NCBI RefSeq assembly: GCF_018350175.1
Contig: NC_058383.1
Span: 12,154,001 to 12,218,000, forward strand
DNA length: 64,000 nucleotides
Direction of reading: 5' to 3'
DNA from: Felis catus
Lineage: Eukaryota
Shown here: positions 24,098 through 35,851 of the stretch, piece by piece
Layout: the number at the start of each line of letters is the position of its first letter
Position numbering within the stretch: position 1 is the stretch's first letter
Program-made: the position numbers and the translations under genes
The notes under the pieces: model-generated
Databases searched by the model: none
What the model saw: only the letters and a program-made list of their open reading frames with translations
What the model was told of the DNA's origin: nothing

Positions 24098-24280
24098 TCT
24101 TTTTTTTTTTTTTTTAATGTTTATTTATTTTTGAGAGAGAGAGTGTGCATGAGCACCAGCGGAGGAGGGACGGGGGTAGGGGGCAGAGAGGATCTGATGC
24201 AGGGCTCAAAGCCATGAACCGTTAGATCGTGACCTGAGCCGAAGTCCGATGCTTAACCGACTGAGCCACCCACGGTCCCC
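24098..24280 (-). mobile_element. Can-SINE with internal deletion
   Basis: Poly(T), GA tract and head; outer TSD caggaattt. Confidence 0.9.
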
Positions 24281-24362
24281 AGGAATTTACACTTCTCACA
24301 AGTTCCCCAGTGGGACTTGTGCTCTTGGGCTAGGGACCACACTTTGGGAACTCTGCCCTACA

Positions 24363-24556
24363 TCAGGGGTTGTCAAACTTTGCTACATATTAGAGTTATG
24401 CCATGGGGGCGTGGGGGAGGGGAGGTTAAAAACATCCCATTACCCAGGCTGGTCCCCAGATCAATGCACCAGACTCTGGGAGCGATTGTCCTAGCTGCCA
24501 GTATATTTCCAAGCTCTACAGGCAATCCCCAGTTTCAACCAAGTTTGAGAACGAGC
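24363..24556. mobile_element. MER5B/MER5A1-like element
   Basis: 'caggggttgtcaaacttt..acatattaga' to 'ccaagtttgagaac'. Confidence 0.75.
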
Positions 24557-24565
24557 ACCCAAGAT

Positions 24566-24935
24566 CGATGGTTTCAAACGTGAATGTCCCCATGAGTCAG
24601 CTCCAGATACTTACGAGGACTTCTCATTCAGTCAGTCTGGGAAAGAGCCTGGCATTTCGCATTTGGTTTTGTTAATTTTTTTTTAATGTGTATTTATTTC
24701 TGAGAGAGACAGAGACAGAGCTTGAGCGGGGGAGGGGCAGAGAGAGAGGGAGACACAGAACCCGAAGCAGGCTCCAGGCTCCGAGCTGTCGGCACAGAGC
24801 CCGACGCGGGGCTCGAACTCACGGACCGCGAGATCAGGACCTGAGCCGAAGCCAGACGCCCAACCAACTGAGCCAGCCAGGCGCCCCTGGGATTTTGCAT
24901 TTTTAACAAGTTCCTGGGTCATGATGGAGCACCCA
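24566..24935. mobile_element. MER5A-like element split by a SINE
   Basis: 'attcagtcagtctggga..gagcctggcattt' then 'ttgcatttttaacaagttcc'. Confidence 0.7.
24675..24887 (-). mobile_element. Can-SINE
   Basis: Full body. Confidence 0.95.
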
Positions 24936-24960
24936 CGTCTGGCATAATAAAACCTCAGCT

Positions 24961-25058
24961 CAGTGGTTCTAAGACATCAGTGTGCATCAGAATCACCTAG
25001 AAAAGCCTTGTCAGAACCCAGTGATTGCTGGACCCCCACTGCCAAGGGTTTCTGAAGC
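24961..25058. mobile_element. MER5A-like fragment
   Basis: 'cagtggttct...gtgcatcagaatcacctag...gattgctggacccc...tttctga'. Confidence 0.8.
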
Positions 25059-25240
25059 ACTTACAATTTTGCCCTCACGGCCACCCTAGGATAGAGGCAC
25101 TATGGTCCCATCGCCTTGCATTTGAGGAAACTGAGGCACAGAGAAAGCTAAGGCAGATGTGTAACATCACAAAACTAGGACCAGGAGCTGATACCTGACA
25201 GCTCAGCTCCAGTGTTTCACTGGCATAACTATTGTGCTAT
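25058..25240 (-). mobile_element. MIR
   Basis: Core 'tgaggaaactgaggcacagaga'. Confidence 0.85.
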
Positions 25241-25343
25241 CCTGGTCTCCTTCGGGGACCGGAACAAAACAAATAACCCCAAAAGAAGCATCCAGACATT
25301 ATCCTTATTGGAGACAATTACCCTTGTCTCCTTTCCAAGTCTT

Positions 25344-25541
25344 TTTTTAACCAAGTTTTTAATGTTCATTTATTTTTGAGAGAAAGAGAGCCCACGCGTG
25401 AGGGGCAGAAGGGCAGAGAGAGGGGACAGAGGATCCGAAGCCGGCTCTATGTCGACAGCATAGAGTGCGACGTGGGGTTCAAACTCGCAGAACCACAAGA
25501 TCATGTCAGGCCCTTAACCAACTGAGCCGCCCAGGCACCCC
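25344..25541 (-). mobile_element. Can-SINE
   Basis: TSD tctcctttccaagtctt on both sides. Confidence 0.93.
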
Positions 25542-25649
25542 TCTCCTTTCCAAGTCTTAAACTTCTGGTATTCGCCAAGGCTTTGGCTGTTTCTAGAGAA
25601 AATACCAAACCACAGGAAAAAAACAGTCTGCCAAAACATTATTGTGAGC

Positions 25650-25698
25650 ATTTACTCGCTCATTGTTCAACAATTGTTACCAAGAAGGGATCCCATTC

Positions 25699-25729
<31 letters not shown>

Positions 25730-26390
25730 TGAGAGAGAGAGAGAGAGAGAAATAGAGACGGTGTGAATGGGGAGGGTCAGAGGGAGGGAGAGAGAAAATC
25801 CCAAGCAGGCTCCGAGCTGCCAGCACAGAGCCCAATGAGGGGCTTGAACTCACGAAACCGCAAGATCACGACCTGAGCCGAAACCAAGAGTCAGATGCTT
25901 AACCGAATGAGCCACCCAGGCGCCCCGCCATTCTGCAAATGTTTTGAAGGCGGAGAACATACGGAGGGACCTGATACGGGGTGTGAGAGAAAGCGAGAAC
26001 TCTAAGATGGTCCCGAGCACGCAATCTTCTTCGGTGCTGTGGAAAGACCGGTAGCAAAGTAGAGAAAAGGAAGGATGTGAGGCTGGAGAGAAAAAGTACA
26101 TACAGGGCATGAGGAAACCTGGACATGAGACATTTGCTTTTCACTGTGAGGGCAATGGGGAGCCACCGAGGAGCCTAGAGCAGAAGAGTGCTCATCTGAA
26201 CAGGAGTCTGAGTGGAGGGGAGGAGTCTGACACTACAATGGAAACATAATGGCACCTGAACGAAGGTTAAGGAAGGGATAGGAGGGGAGACCAGTCTGTG
26301 AAATATTGGTGTGTTGGTGGAACTCTTTGGAGGCCTAGAGGGTGAGGGAGGAGTCCGGGGGGGGGGGGGTCCCAGGTCTCTGGCTTGGTA
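25650..26390 (-). mobile_element. L2 fragment interrupted by a SINE
   Basis: 'cattgttcaacaa' terminus; 'gagggcaatggggagccaccgaggag', 'ggagaccagt', 'tcccaggtctctggcttgg'. Confidence 0.7.
25712..25927 (-). mobile_element. Can-SINE
   Basis: Full body. Confidence 0.93.
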
Positions 26391-26393
26391 GCC

Positions 26394-26700
26394 ATGGCAG
26401 AGACTGCCCGTCGCCAACCTACCAACTCTCCGTCATCGTCTCCTCCGTCACGTCTGTCAGAAACCCAGCTACGTCGCGTTCATCCATAAAGAAAGAAATA
26501 CCCTCCCCGGACTTTCTTGCAGAGAAAGGTAACCGTGTGACGCCACACAGCCAGCTTCCGAGATGTAAGTGTTGAGTGGAACTTTCTGGAAAGTTCCAGG
26601 GGCTTGCTCAGCTGAAACACAGGAGCTCGTCGCACCCGTCTGCCTTTTTCCTACTTGGAACACGGCCCGGAAAGTAGGTTGGGAAGGGGACACGCAAGGG
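26394..26700 (+). mobile_element. MLT1 (MLT1J/K-like) MaLR LTR fragment
   Basis: 'tggcagagactgc', 'tcttgcagagaaaggtaaccgtgtgac...gagatgtaagtg'. Confidence 0.65.
26578..26597. promoter_or_regulatory. Perfect four-unit heat-shock element (HSF motif)
   Basis: gGAActTTCtgGAAagTTCc equals nGAAnnTTCnnGAAnnTTCn. Confidence 0.6.
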
Positions 26701-27153
26701 CTGTATCGAAACCGTAGAGGGGAATCCCATACGGAACACAGCTAAGCAAAAATACTTGGTTCTTGAAGATTCCATGCAACCACGGTGGGGATCCTGGGGA
26801 GCCGAAGCGGCCGCTGAACACGCAGAAGGTTGTGGGGAGAGCCGACAGTGTAATTTTCATAACACAAAGGACCCGTTTATTCCGGTCTAGTGTATAGCAA
26901 TGAGTACGATTATTAATGATGATAAGGATTACTGTTTGGCATTGGCTTTTCCCCGTTTGCCTCCAAATGGAACCACAGAGCCCAAGAATTTGAGGCTTGG
27001 CGATTTTTACCTTTAGATCTCTCTTGTCTGCCTCTAGGAACTGATACATGGGTCCAGGATGAAAATTCTCTCTGTGTTTGCAGCCTGGACCCTGTTTCTT
27101 GGGTCTGACTTCATCCACCCCCAGACTGTGTCAAGTGGTCTTCCCCCCCCCCC

Positions 27154-27330
27154 TTGAGGGAGAGCAAGCAGGGGAGGGGCAGAGAGAGAGAGGGACACAG
27201 AGAATCCCAAGCAGGCTCCACGCTGCCAGCGCGGAGCCCGACTCAGGGCTCGAACTCACCAACCGGGGGGTCGTAACCTGAGCTAGAGTCAAGAGTCCGA
27301 CGCTTAACCGACTGAGCCACCCAGGCGCCC
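27154..27330 (-). mobile_element. Can-SINE, tail eroded
   Basis: 'gaatcccaagcaggctcc...gagccacccaggcgccc'. Confidence 0.92.
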
Positions 27331-28299
27331 TGCGCCGAGCCGTCTTAACTCAAGCCCACACATCGGTCCGTGTTATTTAGCATTTTTCTTCACGTTTCAT
27401 CACAGATGACCCTTCAAGGAATATCTGTGGGCATATTTCTATCAGGCCGCGGCCCTGAAAGGGAAACGATGTTTCGTTCTTGGCCTCGACGTTATGAAAT
27501 CGGAAATACGTTCCACGCCCCGGAAGCCAGGATGGTTCTCCTCCGCGAAGGGCCCTCCGGATGTGGCCCCGTCCAATCTTCTCGCACATACCTCTGCCCT
27601 CGCTCCCCACTGCCCACAAGTGTGACGTTACTGGCTCACCTACAGCAGATTCCTCGCTCAGCGGAAGACTCATGGTAACCAAACTTGCGGGCCTGATGTC
27701 TATAACGAGATGCAGCAGTTTGCCGATTTATAGCGAGAACACTGACGGCTGCCACGTGAGAGAGAAAAAAACCAAGAGGGCCGGAGAAGCACGATTCGAA
27801 TGAGCGTTTGTTGGCTGGACTGACGTCTGAGAGGCTCAAAATCAAGCAGTGTGGACCTTAGCAAGGGGACCCAAACAGTTGGGGCTGGTTGGCCATGGAT
27901 TCCGTGTGCCCCAACTACTTCAAGACCTTTGCCCACCCCCCGCCCCCGAGGTCACCTGCGTTTCCTGTCCTGCGGGGGCTCTCCTGATTGCCAAGGTGTC
28001 TCTTTGAGGACGTGAGTAGCCGTAATGAGGTGGCCGTCTATCCCTCCTGTCTCTTTAAGGTGACTTTGCAGGGCAACGCTCTGATCTATTATGTATCCAG
28101 ATGAAAGTTTAACGCTCAGAAGGCATCCTCATTTCTTTCATTTCTCAGTTCTTAAGCAATGACTCACTTTAGACCCCGAGGACTGACAAGAACAATGAAA
28201 GCGGACCGATTTCTGCCTGTGGCACATGAACGCTGCTCTCAACTTCCTAGTCTAATGGTATGGTTCGTCTCGGCGAGACTTTAAAATCTGGGCCGCAGG

Positions 28300-28990
28300 G
28301 AAAATCTTTTCAGGAAGGCCCCACGCAGCCCTTCTGCCTCAAAAGCCAGCCGCGGTTTCCCTAGCAAAGGGTTCTCGAATCGGGATCGCGCCCAAATGCC
28401 AAGGCCGGCTGGGCGTAGGTATGCCTCTGTCGGCGGGCCCCGGGGCACGGCTTCATTCACATCTGAATCTTCCGGGGCCATCACTGGCACGGGTGACGCG
28501 ACAGTCCTCCTGTTGTCACTTGCCGCGGTTCGAGCCCTCTGTCTTCTCCCTGTCAGCTCAGATTAATCATACCGTATTGGGACAGCCAGATGGTGAGCCC
28601 ACGGATAAAAAAGGGGTTTCTGGCCCCAGAGCCGGGCTCCGCACACATGACCGATGAGACCGTCAGTTTCTCTGGCGTGACAGAAACAGCACACAAGTCA
28701 CCATGCGCGAGAACGTGCCACGCCAAGCGGCAGTTTGCACGGGCGGCCTCAGGACCGAAAGCCGACGGGAGGAAAGGAGTCTCCGGGCTCCTTCCTCCTT
28801 CCGATTGGTACCCGTCTCCACACAAATAGGGCCAAGCCCGTCATTAGCGACTCTGTCGCCGCTGTGCAAGCCGGGGGTGTCGGGGGATTAGAGGGGACAC
28901 ACTGCTGGACGCTCCCAGCGGACCTTGTGTTGTTCTCTGAGCCTCAGCCGTGAAACGCGGTGGTCGAGTTGGTTGGATTGTAAAGGCCCT
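28300..28990. promoter_or_regulatory. CpG-island-like patch
   Basis: About 48 CpG counted by eye in 28381-28980; GC-rich and non-SINE. Confidence 0.55.
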
Positions 28991-29082
28991 TCCAAGTCCC
29001 GTGTTTCTATTTTAACTGATGCTTGAGCGATTACAGAACCGCAGCTCTTCGGGCACAAAGGGATCAAATCACTTCATAATGT

Positions 29083-29305
29083 GGGGCGCCTGGGTGGCGC
29101 AGTCGGTTAAGCGTCCGACTTCAGCCAGGTCACGATCTCACGGTCCCTGAGTTCGAGCCCCGTGTCAGGCTCTGGGCTGATGGCTCGGAGCCTGGAGCCT
29201 GTTTCCGATTCTGTGTCTCCCTCTCTCTCTGCCCCTCCCCCGTTCATGCTCTGTCTCTCTCTGTCCCAAAAAATAAATAAAAACGTTGAAAAAAAAATTT
29301 TAAAA
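29083..29305 (+). mobile_element. Young felid SINE (SINEC_Fc)
   Basis: Perfect TSD aaatcacttcataatg 29066-29081 / 29306-29321. Confidence 0.97.
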
Positions 29306-29699
29306 AAATCACTTCATAATGAAAAAGAACGCAGCAGAAATTCTTTGGGCCCATGTTCGTAAGCATCTTACACACACACGCACACACGGACACCTCCACC
29401 ATGAGGCCCTCAGCTACCGTGGAGGCACTGCTTCGCTTCTGCCATCATGTCTCGGTGACTGATGCCGTGGGAACCAGATGTCATGAACACTGCAAGGGTT
29501 TTACGATTCATTTATTTTTTTTCTATGATCTGTGCATGCCAGTCCCTTTCACGCTACACTTGAACTTACCAGCCCCTCCAGGGCTGTCCTAGACTCAGGG
29601 ATACGGTGGGGGGGTCACGGAGGGGGGACAAGGGGCTGAGTGGGAGTCAAGAACAGGAACAATCGACGGGGGGGTGAGGGGTGGTCGTGGTCAGGGTTG

Positions 29700-29905
29700 G
29701 ATGGAGTTAGGACGGCCCAGCTTCACTGTGAGATCGGAGTTCAAGTCCAGGCTTTGCCATTTGCCGGCCTTGTGCCCTTGAGCCCCGGTTCCCACCGTAA
29801 AGGTGATAACAGGCCCAATGCGAGAGCAGGAGAAATACACGTGATCCTACGCGTGAGGTGCTTAGCACAGTGCTTAGAACAGGATAAGCACTCAGTTGAG
29901 ATAAA
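29700..29905 (+). mobile_element. MIR
   Basis: 'gagttcaagtccaggctttgccattt...gtgcttagcacagtgc...taagcactca'. Confidence 0.8.
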
Positions 29906-30451
29906 GCGATGACGATCGCCCCGGATGTACGCGTGATTTAGAAATTTCACTATCATTAGGGGTGTCCATGCCCGATTAACACGAGAAGAGCCACTCACAC
30001 GCCTCAAGACCGCCGCGTCAAATCAGCTACGTCAAAGGGCCGTCCTTCGTCTAAAATGCCATCCGTGCTCTCGCAAAGCTGGAGGTCTCGCAGAGCGTGA
30101 CCGGAGGGAATAATGAAAATATCAATGAAAGGTGAAGATCCCAGAAGAGACAGCGGGTGATTTCACTCGGGAGGTATCACGGAGGGCTCTATGGAGGTGG
30201 TGACATGCAAAGCCAGGTCATCGCAGGTAACAGGGCAGGGCATCCAGGCCCAAGAATAGCGTGAGTACAGACCGGAAGATGGACGCCTGAGCGCACGTCT
30301 AAGGCAGTAAGGAACGACCCGCCCTCTGCCCTGGGTCCGCCGTCCCCCGACCCCCAGCCCTGGGAAGGGATGGAAAGGGAGCAAGGGAGCCCCGTGCTGC
30401 CTTTTAGGATATGAGTTCTTATGTGTCACTTGTAAGGATGGGGACCTAAAA

Positions 30452-30645
30452 GCAGTGGTGTAGCAAATAAGGCGTTTAGACTTGGATGTGCCCCTCTGCC
30501 AGCTGTGTGACCTTAGGGGAATTATTGAACGTCTCGTGCCTCAGTTTCCTCAGCTGCACTGTGATAGTGCGATACCGATGATGTTGAAGGCATGAAAAGA
30601 CAAAACGCAAGTATAGCACATGGCCTGTGCCCTCACTACCTGTGA
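30452..30645 (+). mobile_element. MIR
   Basis: 'agctgtgtgaccttaggggaattattgaac...gcctcagtttcctca'. Confidence 0.85.
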
Positions 30646-31084
30646 GCCCCAGTCACCACCTAGAATGATACAATAATATAACATAGCATGTATACAGTAT
30701 AACATATAATATACGCAGCGCGTAATAATATAACACAGTATCCCCCAGGCTAGAAATGCACAGGATAGGATATCGGGTGTTTTGCTGCCAGCTGTCACAC
30801 GGGATATTGTGTGCACAGCTCTCGGTTCTTCGAACGCCATGCGTCACCCCACCACACGACTCTGGTGCCAACAACACCAGGCCACCAGAACACACTGGAA
30901 GGTCGACGTCAAACCGAAAATCAGATCGGGTTTTCTTCTCAGTGACAAATGAAACCAGCATTTTAAAGAATAACGAAATACATATTATTATTTTTTTTAT
31001 TTCAAAAATAAAGCACAGAGTTGCTGAAAATGATGTCGGGCCTCTTGCCGGTCGACTCCATAGAAACGACGATCATGATAGCGA

Positions 31085-31300
31085 CTGACGTTTATTGAAC
31101 ACTTACTATGTGCCAGGCACTGCTGTAAGAACTTCACATATATTCCTTCCTTCCATGGGTTCACCCTCCTCCCCCCGCCCCCTGCCCCCAATCAGGTGGA
31201 TTTCATTGTTACCTGAATTTCAGAAAAGAGACAGGAAGGGTTTCCTCAATAGGACTCGTAGCATCCAACCTGGGCTGGCCCAACCTGCAACAGGTGCTCA
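31085..31300 (-). mobile_element. MIR
   Basis: 'tttattgaacacttactatgtgccaggcactg'. Confidence 0.75.
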
Positions 31301-31780
31301 TTTGTCAAGCCGAAGAGGCTTCCAGAATAGCCATCCTGACTTTTGCTTCAAACTATAGATACGCCACGTGTGGAAACGGCTGCCTGTCCCAATACCGTCA
31401 AGGCCGAGGGCAACCACGGCCAGGCTGGGCGTCTCCCTGGGCTGATGTTACCAGACAACCTGCCCCAGCAGGTGTCACTTCCTGATTACAGACTCTGCGA
31501 CCCCTCCTTCCCCCCCACCAAAAAAATGGGAAGTCTGTGTCTCCTGAAGAGTCGGGATCAAATTGTCTTCCTCGATAAGTGGGAGGCTACAGGGTTATCA
31601 CCCCAGATGACCAGCAGCATCACATGACCCGTGAAGGACCAAGTTCAGAAGCAACCTCACGGGGTTCCCAGGGGAAGGCTTCTGATGACAGACCCCCGGA
31701 GGGCTCAGATTCCCCAAGGGCCGCGACTCTATCACTTGGTTTCATTCAATACACCCCGTATGGGTTGAAGTTTCCTTTCC

Positions 31781-31828
31781 AGAGACAGACAAACACAGAG
31801 ACAGACAAACACAGAGACAGACAAACAC
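31781..31828. repeat. 16-bp unit x3 perfect tandem repeat
   Basis: agagacagacaaacac three times. Confidence 0.95.
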
Positions 31829-32019
31829 AGCATGTGGGCTGGCGATTTTTCAAGAGAAGGCTGTGGTCTGGAAAAAATAGAGGCTATCTGTTTATTTATC
31901 CATCTGTCTTCCAGACTTCCTAAAAAATACTATTTCTATCACTTCCGTCCTTAGAATTTGTAAGTACTTATCGTCTATAAGACGAGCTTAAACTAAAAGA
32001 CCTGAAAAATCCAGGCCCA

Positions 32020-32219
32020 GGGGCGCCTGGGTGGCTCGGTCGGTCGGGTAAGGGTCTGACGTCGGCTCAGATTGTGATCTCGCACTTCATGAGTGTGAGC
32101 CCCACCCCAGGACCTCTGCTGTCAGCGCAGAGCCGGCTTTGGATCCTCTGTCTCCCCCTCTCTCTGCCCCTCCCCTGCTTGCTCTCTCTCTCTCAAAAAC
32201 TAAATAAACATGAAAAAAA
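32020..32219 (+). mobile_element. Can-SINE (older)
   Basis: Full body with head and A tail. Confidence 0.93.
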
Positions 32220-33316
32220 CATCTAGCCCCAAACTATATGGTTAAACGTATTTCCCCTTCGAAAACTCCTGCTCCAGCCAAGCTGGTCCGTTCGGCTCTC
32301 ACCGCCCTTCACGGTGCCTTGACCTTCCTGGCTCCTCCTCCCCCTTCGGGGCTGTGCGTGGCCCGGCCCCTTCCTCGGGAACACGTTGCCACGTGCTTCC
32401 CTGGGCCCAGCCGTGGACATGCTGCCCTTTCATTGCTGGCTGATATTCTACACGTTTATGAAAAACTGACATTAAATTATCTCATTGAACATGTGCTCTG
32501 GGCAAGATACTGTGCTCCCTCTACCCAGCAGAGACCGGAAGACCTAATCTTCCCCTTCAAGGAGTTCAAAACGTGATGACCAAACTCAGCCGCTAACCAC
32601 GGCATCGACGCTTTGCAGGTGCATGAGCGATGTGTAGCTGGGTGGAGGACCCCCCCCTCCTCCAAGACCCCAAACTCCTCCTAATCAACGCGAGATGTTG
32701 GACAAAGCCCACGGTGCGTCCAGAAGGCCACTGTAGAGTCATCCGGAGGCCTGGTCTCTCACCAGAGACCGTTTCTGGTTTTGTTTAGAAAGTGTCCACT
32801 TGGAGAGCCCAGGCACAATTCCCCCAAGGGCACATGGTACAGAGTAGTTCGCTCCGTGTGGGAAGAGAAGGGTCTGGAAGACAGCACGGGGCATCTGCAC
32901 AGAGCTCGACGAGGCGCCACCCGGGGAGGGAAGGAGGTGAGTCGTCCCCCTTCCCCCTGGGCTTGAGCAATCCGCCGTTTGAAGGTCAAGGCAACAGGCT
33001 CCCGAATACAGCAGCTGGTGAGAGTCAGCACGAGAACATGGGAGAAGCCCACCCACCTGGTGATGGCGGCCTCTGCCCCCTGCCCTCTTAGGAAATCAGC
33101 TGTGGGTCCTCCCAAGTGTCTTCAAAAATCAATTTCTACCTGGGCCTGGTATCTAAACCCAGTCAACCCTGGCCAATGTGGTAAACTTGGAGAAGCGAGT
33201 TCACGGTGGCTCTCATAATCACTTTCCTGTAGGATTCAGGGACCCTGCACCCCCAACACCCATGGAGATGTCCCTCCCGTCTCTCCTAAGCACGTGCCTG
33301 TAAGAAGCCAGAGAGA

Positions 33317-33536
33317 GGGGCACCCGGGGGGCTCCGTTGGTTGGGAGTCTGACTTCAGCTCAGGTCACGATCTGCTGTCCGTGAGTTCGAACCCCACGTC
33401 AGGCACTGTGCTGACAGCTCGGAGCCTGGAGCCCGCTTGGGACTCTGTGTCTCCCTCTCTCTGCTCCTCCCCCACTCACGCTCTGTCTCTCTGTCTCTCA
33501 AAAATAAATAAACGTTAAAAAAAATGAAAAAAACAA
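33317..33536 (+). mobile_element. Can-SINE
   Basis: TSD aagaagccagaga. Confidence 0.93.
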
Positions 33537-33609
33537 AAGAAGCCAGAGATAGACCCGACTGACACCCCCCCCCCCCGCCCCCCCGCCACCAGAAATGAGG
33601 AGAGACAAC

Positions 33610-33743
33610 ACAGCATTGCGGTTATGGCCTTCTTTGCTGTGTGTCCTCGGACAAGTTACTTTACTTCTCTGCATTTTCCATCAATAAAACAGTGATGATA
33701 ATAAGAGTACCCAATTCATAAGTTTGTTGTAAAGATTAGATTA
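33610..33743 (+). mobile_element. MIR
   Basis: 'gctgtgtgtcctcggacaagttactttacttctctg...gttgtaaagattaga'. Confidence 0.8.
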
Positions 33744-33805
33744 GGGGCTGCCTGAATGGTTCAGTCAGTTGTCTGACTCTTGGTCTCAGCTCAAGTCCTG
33801 ATCCC
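33744..33805 (+). mobile_element. Can-SINE 5' head only
   Basis: 'ggggctgcctgaatggttcagtcagttgtctgactcttggtctcagctcaagtcctgatc'. Confidence 0.75.
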
Positions 33806-33999
33806 TCTGAAATTCCTCTGGGGAGTTGGAGGGCCCCCCCCCCCCAGGGTGACAGGGACAATGGCACAGGGGGGGACCAGCAGGCACTTGTCACTCTGCT
33901 GACTGATGGTGGGGGAGGGGGTACATCTTAACCTTCCTCCACGTGTGGTTGGCCGAGTCGAATGGCAGGGTGAACCTGCCAAGTCATCACCTTGGTCGC

Positions 34000-34180
34000 A
34001 TAGGAGGCAGAGACAGTAGGGGATTCCCGGCTGTGTGCCGTGGGCTTGGGCAGATCACCTCTCTGAACCTCCTGTCTCTCGAGTATAAACCAGAAGACGC
34101 AACGAACGGCCCGTCTCCCAGCAATGCGGTGGTGAGGCCCCAGCATATGGCAAGCACTTAGTATATATTAGCTATTTTTT
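34000..34180 (+). mobile_element. MIR
   Basis: 'cttgggcagatcacctctctgaacctc...gcacttagta'. Confidence 0.7.
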
Positions 34181-34427
34181 TTTTTTTACAGCTGTTTTAT
34201 AGAAGAAAACTTGTTTCCCATCCCAATTCACTGCCAGCTATCTGGAAAACTCTGTCGTTCCCACGAACCGATGGCGGTTGACCCCCGCGACACAAGCCAC
34301 ATCCAAGCTTATTTTGCTCACCTTTGGGCCACAGGGGAGGCTGGTTCAAGGCCATGCCCTTCAGAGTCTCAGAAGCGCCCCTGTGAGACCAAAAGGTTCT
34401 AGCAGGACCTGCTTCAAATCTCAACTC

Positions 34428-34603
34428 TTCTTTTCTTTAATATCTTATTTATTTTTGAGCGTGTGCAAGCAGGGGAGGGGCAGACGGGAGCTGAAGGGGG
34501 CTCTGAGGGGACGGCAGCGGGCCCGATGTGGGGCTTGAACTCATGGACTGCAAGATCATGACCGGAGCCGGAGTCAGACGCTCAACAGACTGAGCCACCC
34601 AAT
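34428..34603 (-). mobile_element. Can-SINE (older)
   Basis: Tail plus 'gggcttgaactcatg...gactgagccaccca'. Confidence 0.88.
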
Positions 34604-35074
34604 CTGAACGATTAATTAAGGGTCTCACGGTCACTCCCTTGATTTGGTCTGAGGACGCTTCTGACTCGGAGAATCTTTGGCTGGGACCCATCACGGAGGA
34701 CACTAATTTTCGTTTTCAACCCAGCGCGCGCTGGGCCTTCCAGATTTCCTCTGAAAATAAAATAAAACAAAAGTGCTCCTTCCTCGCTTCCTCTCTCTCT
34801 TCCTGTCTCTTCCTATAGGCAGATAAAATAAATTACATTATGAAAGCAACTTGACCGCTTCAAGACCGCCGTTGGAAATGGCCTCAGCCAGGATCCCAAG
34901 TTCTCGAGTTCCGAGCTCCCTAGATCCCTCGGGATTCAGTCTGGCTACGTGCCAGGGGCTGCCCTTTCTCCCAGCCTCATTAACAGCCCCCTCCACGGGC
35001 TGCGGCTTCCGGACGCCCACTGGTCCCAAAGTCGATCCCACATATTTTAGGTTCTGGTTCTGGCCGCATTCCAT

Positions 35075-35460
35075 TTCTGTCTCAGTTCTGGCTTCCCAAC
35101 CCTAGCAGCCTAAGACGCCAACGATTCCTTCTTTTCCCAGAGCTTCACAGAATCACAGCGAGCTTGGTCATGCTGTCCCTTGGCTGGTCTCACCCCTGGA
35201 CCCCGCTCCCCACCGCAGATGCGCTCCGTTGGCTGGATGGCCGGCTGACAAATCCAAGATGGCCTCACGCACAGCTACTGCTAGCTCTTGGCTGGGCTGC
35301 CTCCCTTCTCCTCCCGGTCTCTCATCCTTCAGGAGTCTCTGGGCTTTCTCAGAGCCGGGTGATCTCAGTATTCCAAAGCACGAAAGCAGAGGCTTCAAGG
35401 CCCTGTTAAGATCTGGGCCTCGGGATGTCACCCAAAGTCATTTCCATCTGACGCTGATGA
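35075..35460 (-). mobile_element. MLT1 (F/G/H-like) MaLR LTR
   Basis: 'atccaagatggcctcac', 'ctctcatccttcaggag', 'gaaagcagaggcttcaaggcc', 'gtcatttccatc'. Confidence 0.75.
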
Positions 35461-35851
35461 TGAGGTTAAGTGACGTTAAAGAAGGGCCCTGATGAGTTCA
35501 CTCTTGCTCTCAGCAGAAGTGGGGCTCTGCCTCCTCCCTCCCAGGACTTCTTTCTTTTTCTTCCTTAGAAAAACCGGCAAGAGGTCCTACCTGATAATTT
35601 TTGTCAGGTCTTCTCAGCCCCACCTGGCTCTCACCCAAGCCTCCCCACACAAGGAGATCCCACGGAAGAGGAAGGCAGAGATGTTTTTAAACGCATGAGA
35701 ATTTCGAGGAGGTCATGGGCTGACTTCCACCCTTCGCTGCTCCCGGGCTGAACCACATCAGGCCAGCCACCCTCCAGGCCACAAGTTTCCTGGGATGATG
35801 AAGTCCTGCTCTCAGGATCCAGGAGAGACCTTACTAGAAACGGAAACTCTT

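Larger units (their letters stand above)
23747..24355. mobile_element. MER5A-like element split by two SINEs
   Basis: 'gtggttcccaa...tttctgattcaataggtctgaggtggggctcaggaatttgc' then 'caggaatttacacttctcacaagttccc...ggaccacactttgggaactctg'. Confidence 0.85.
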
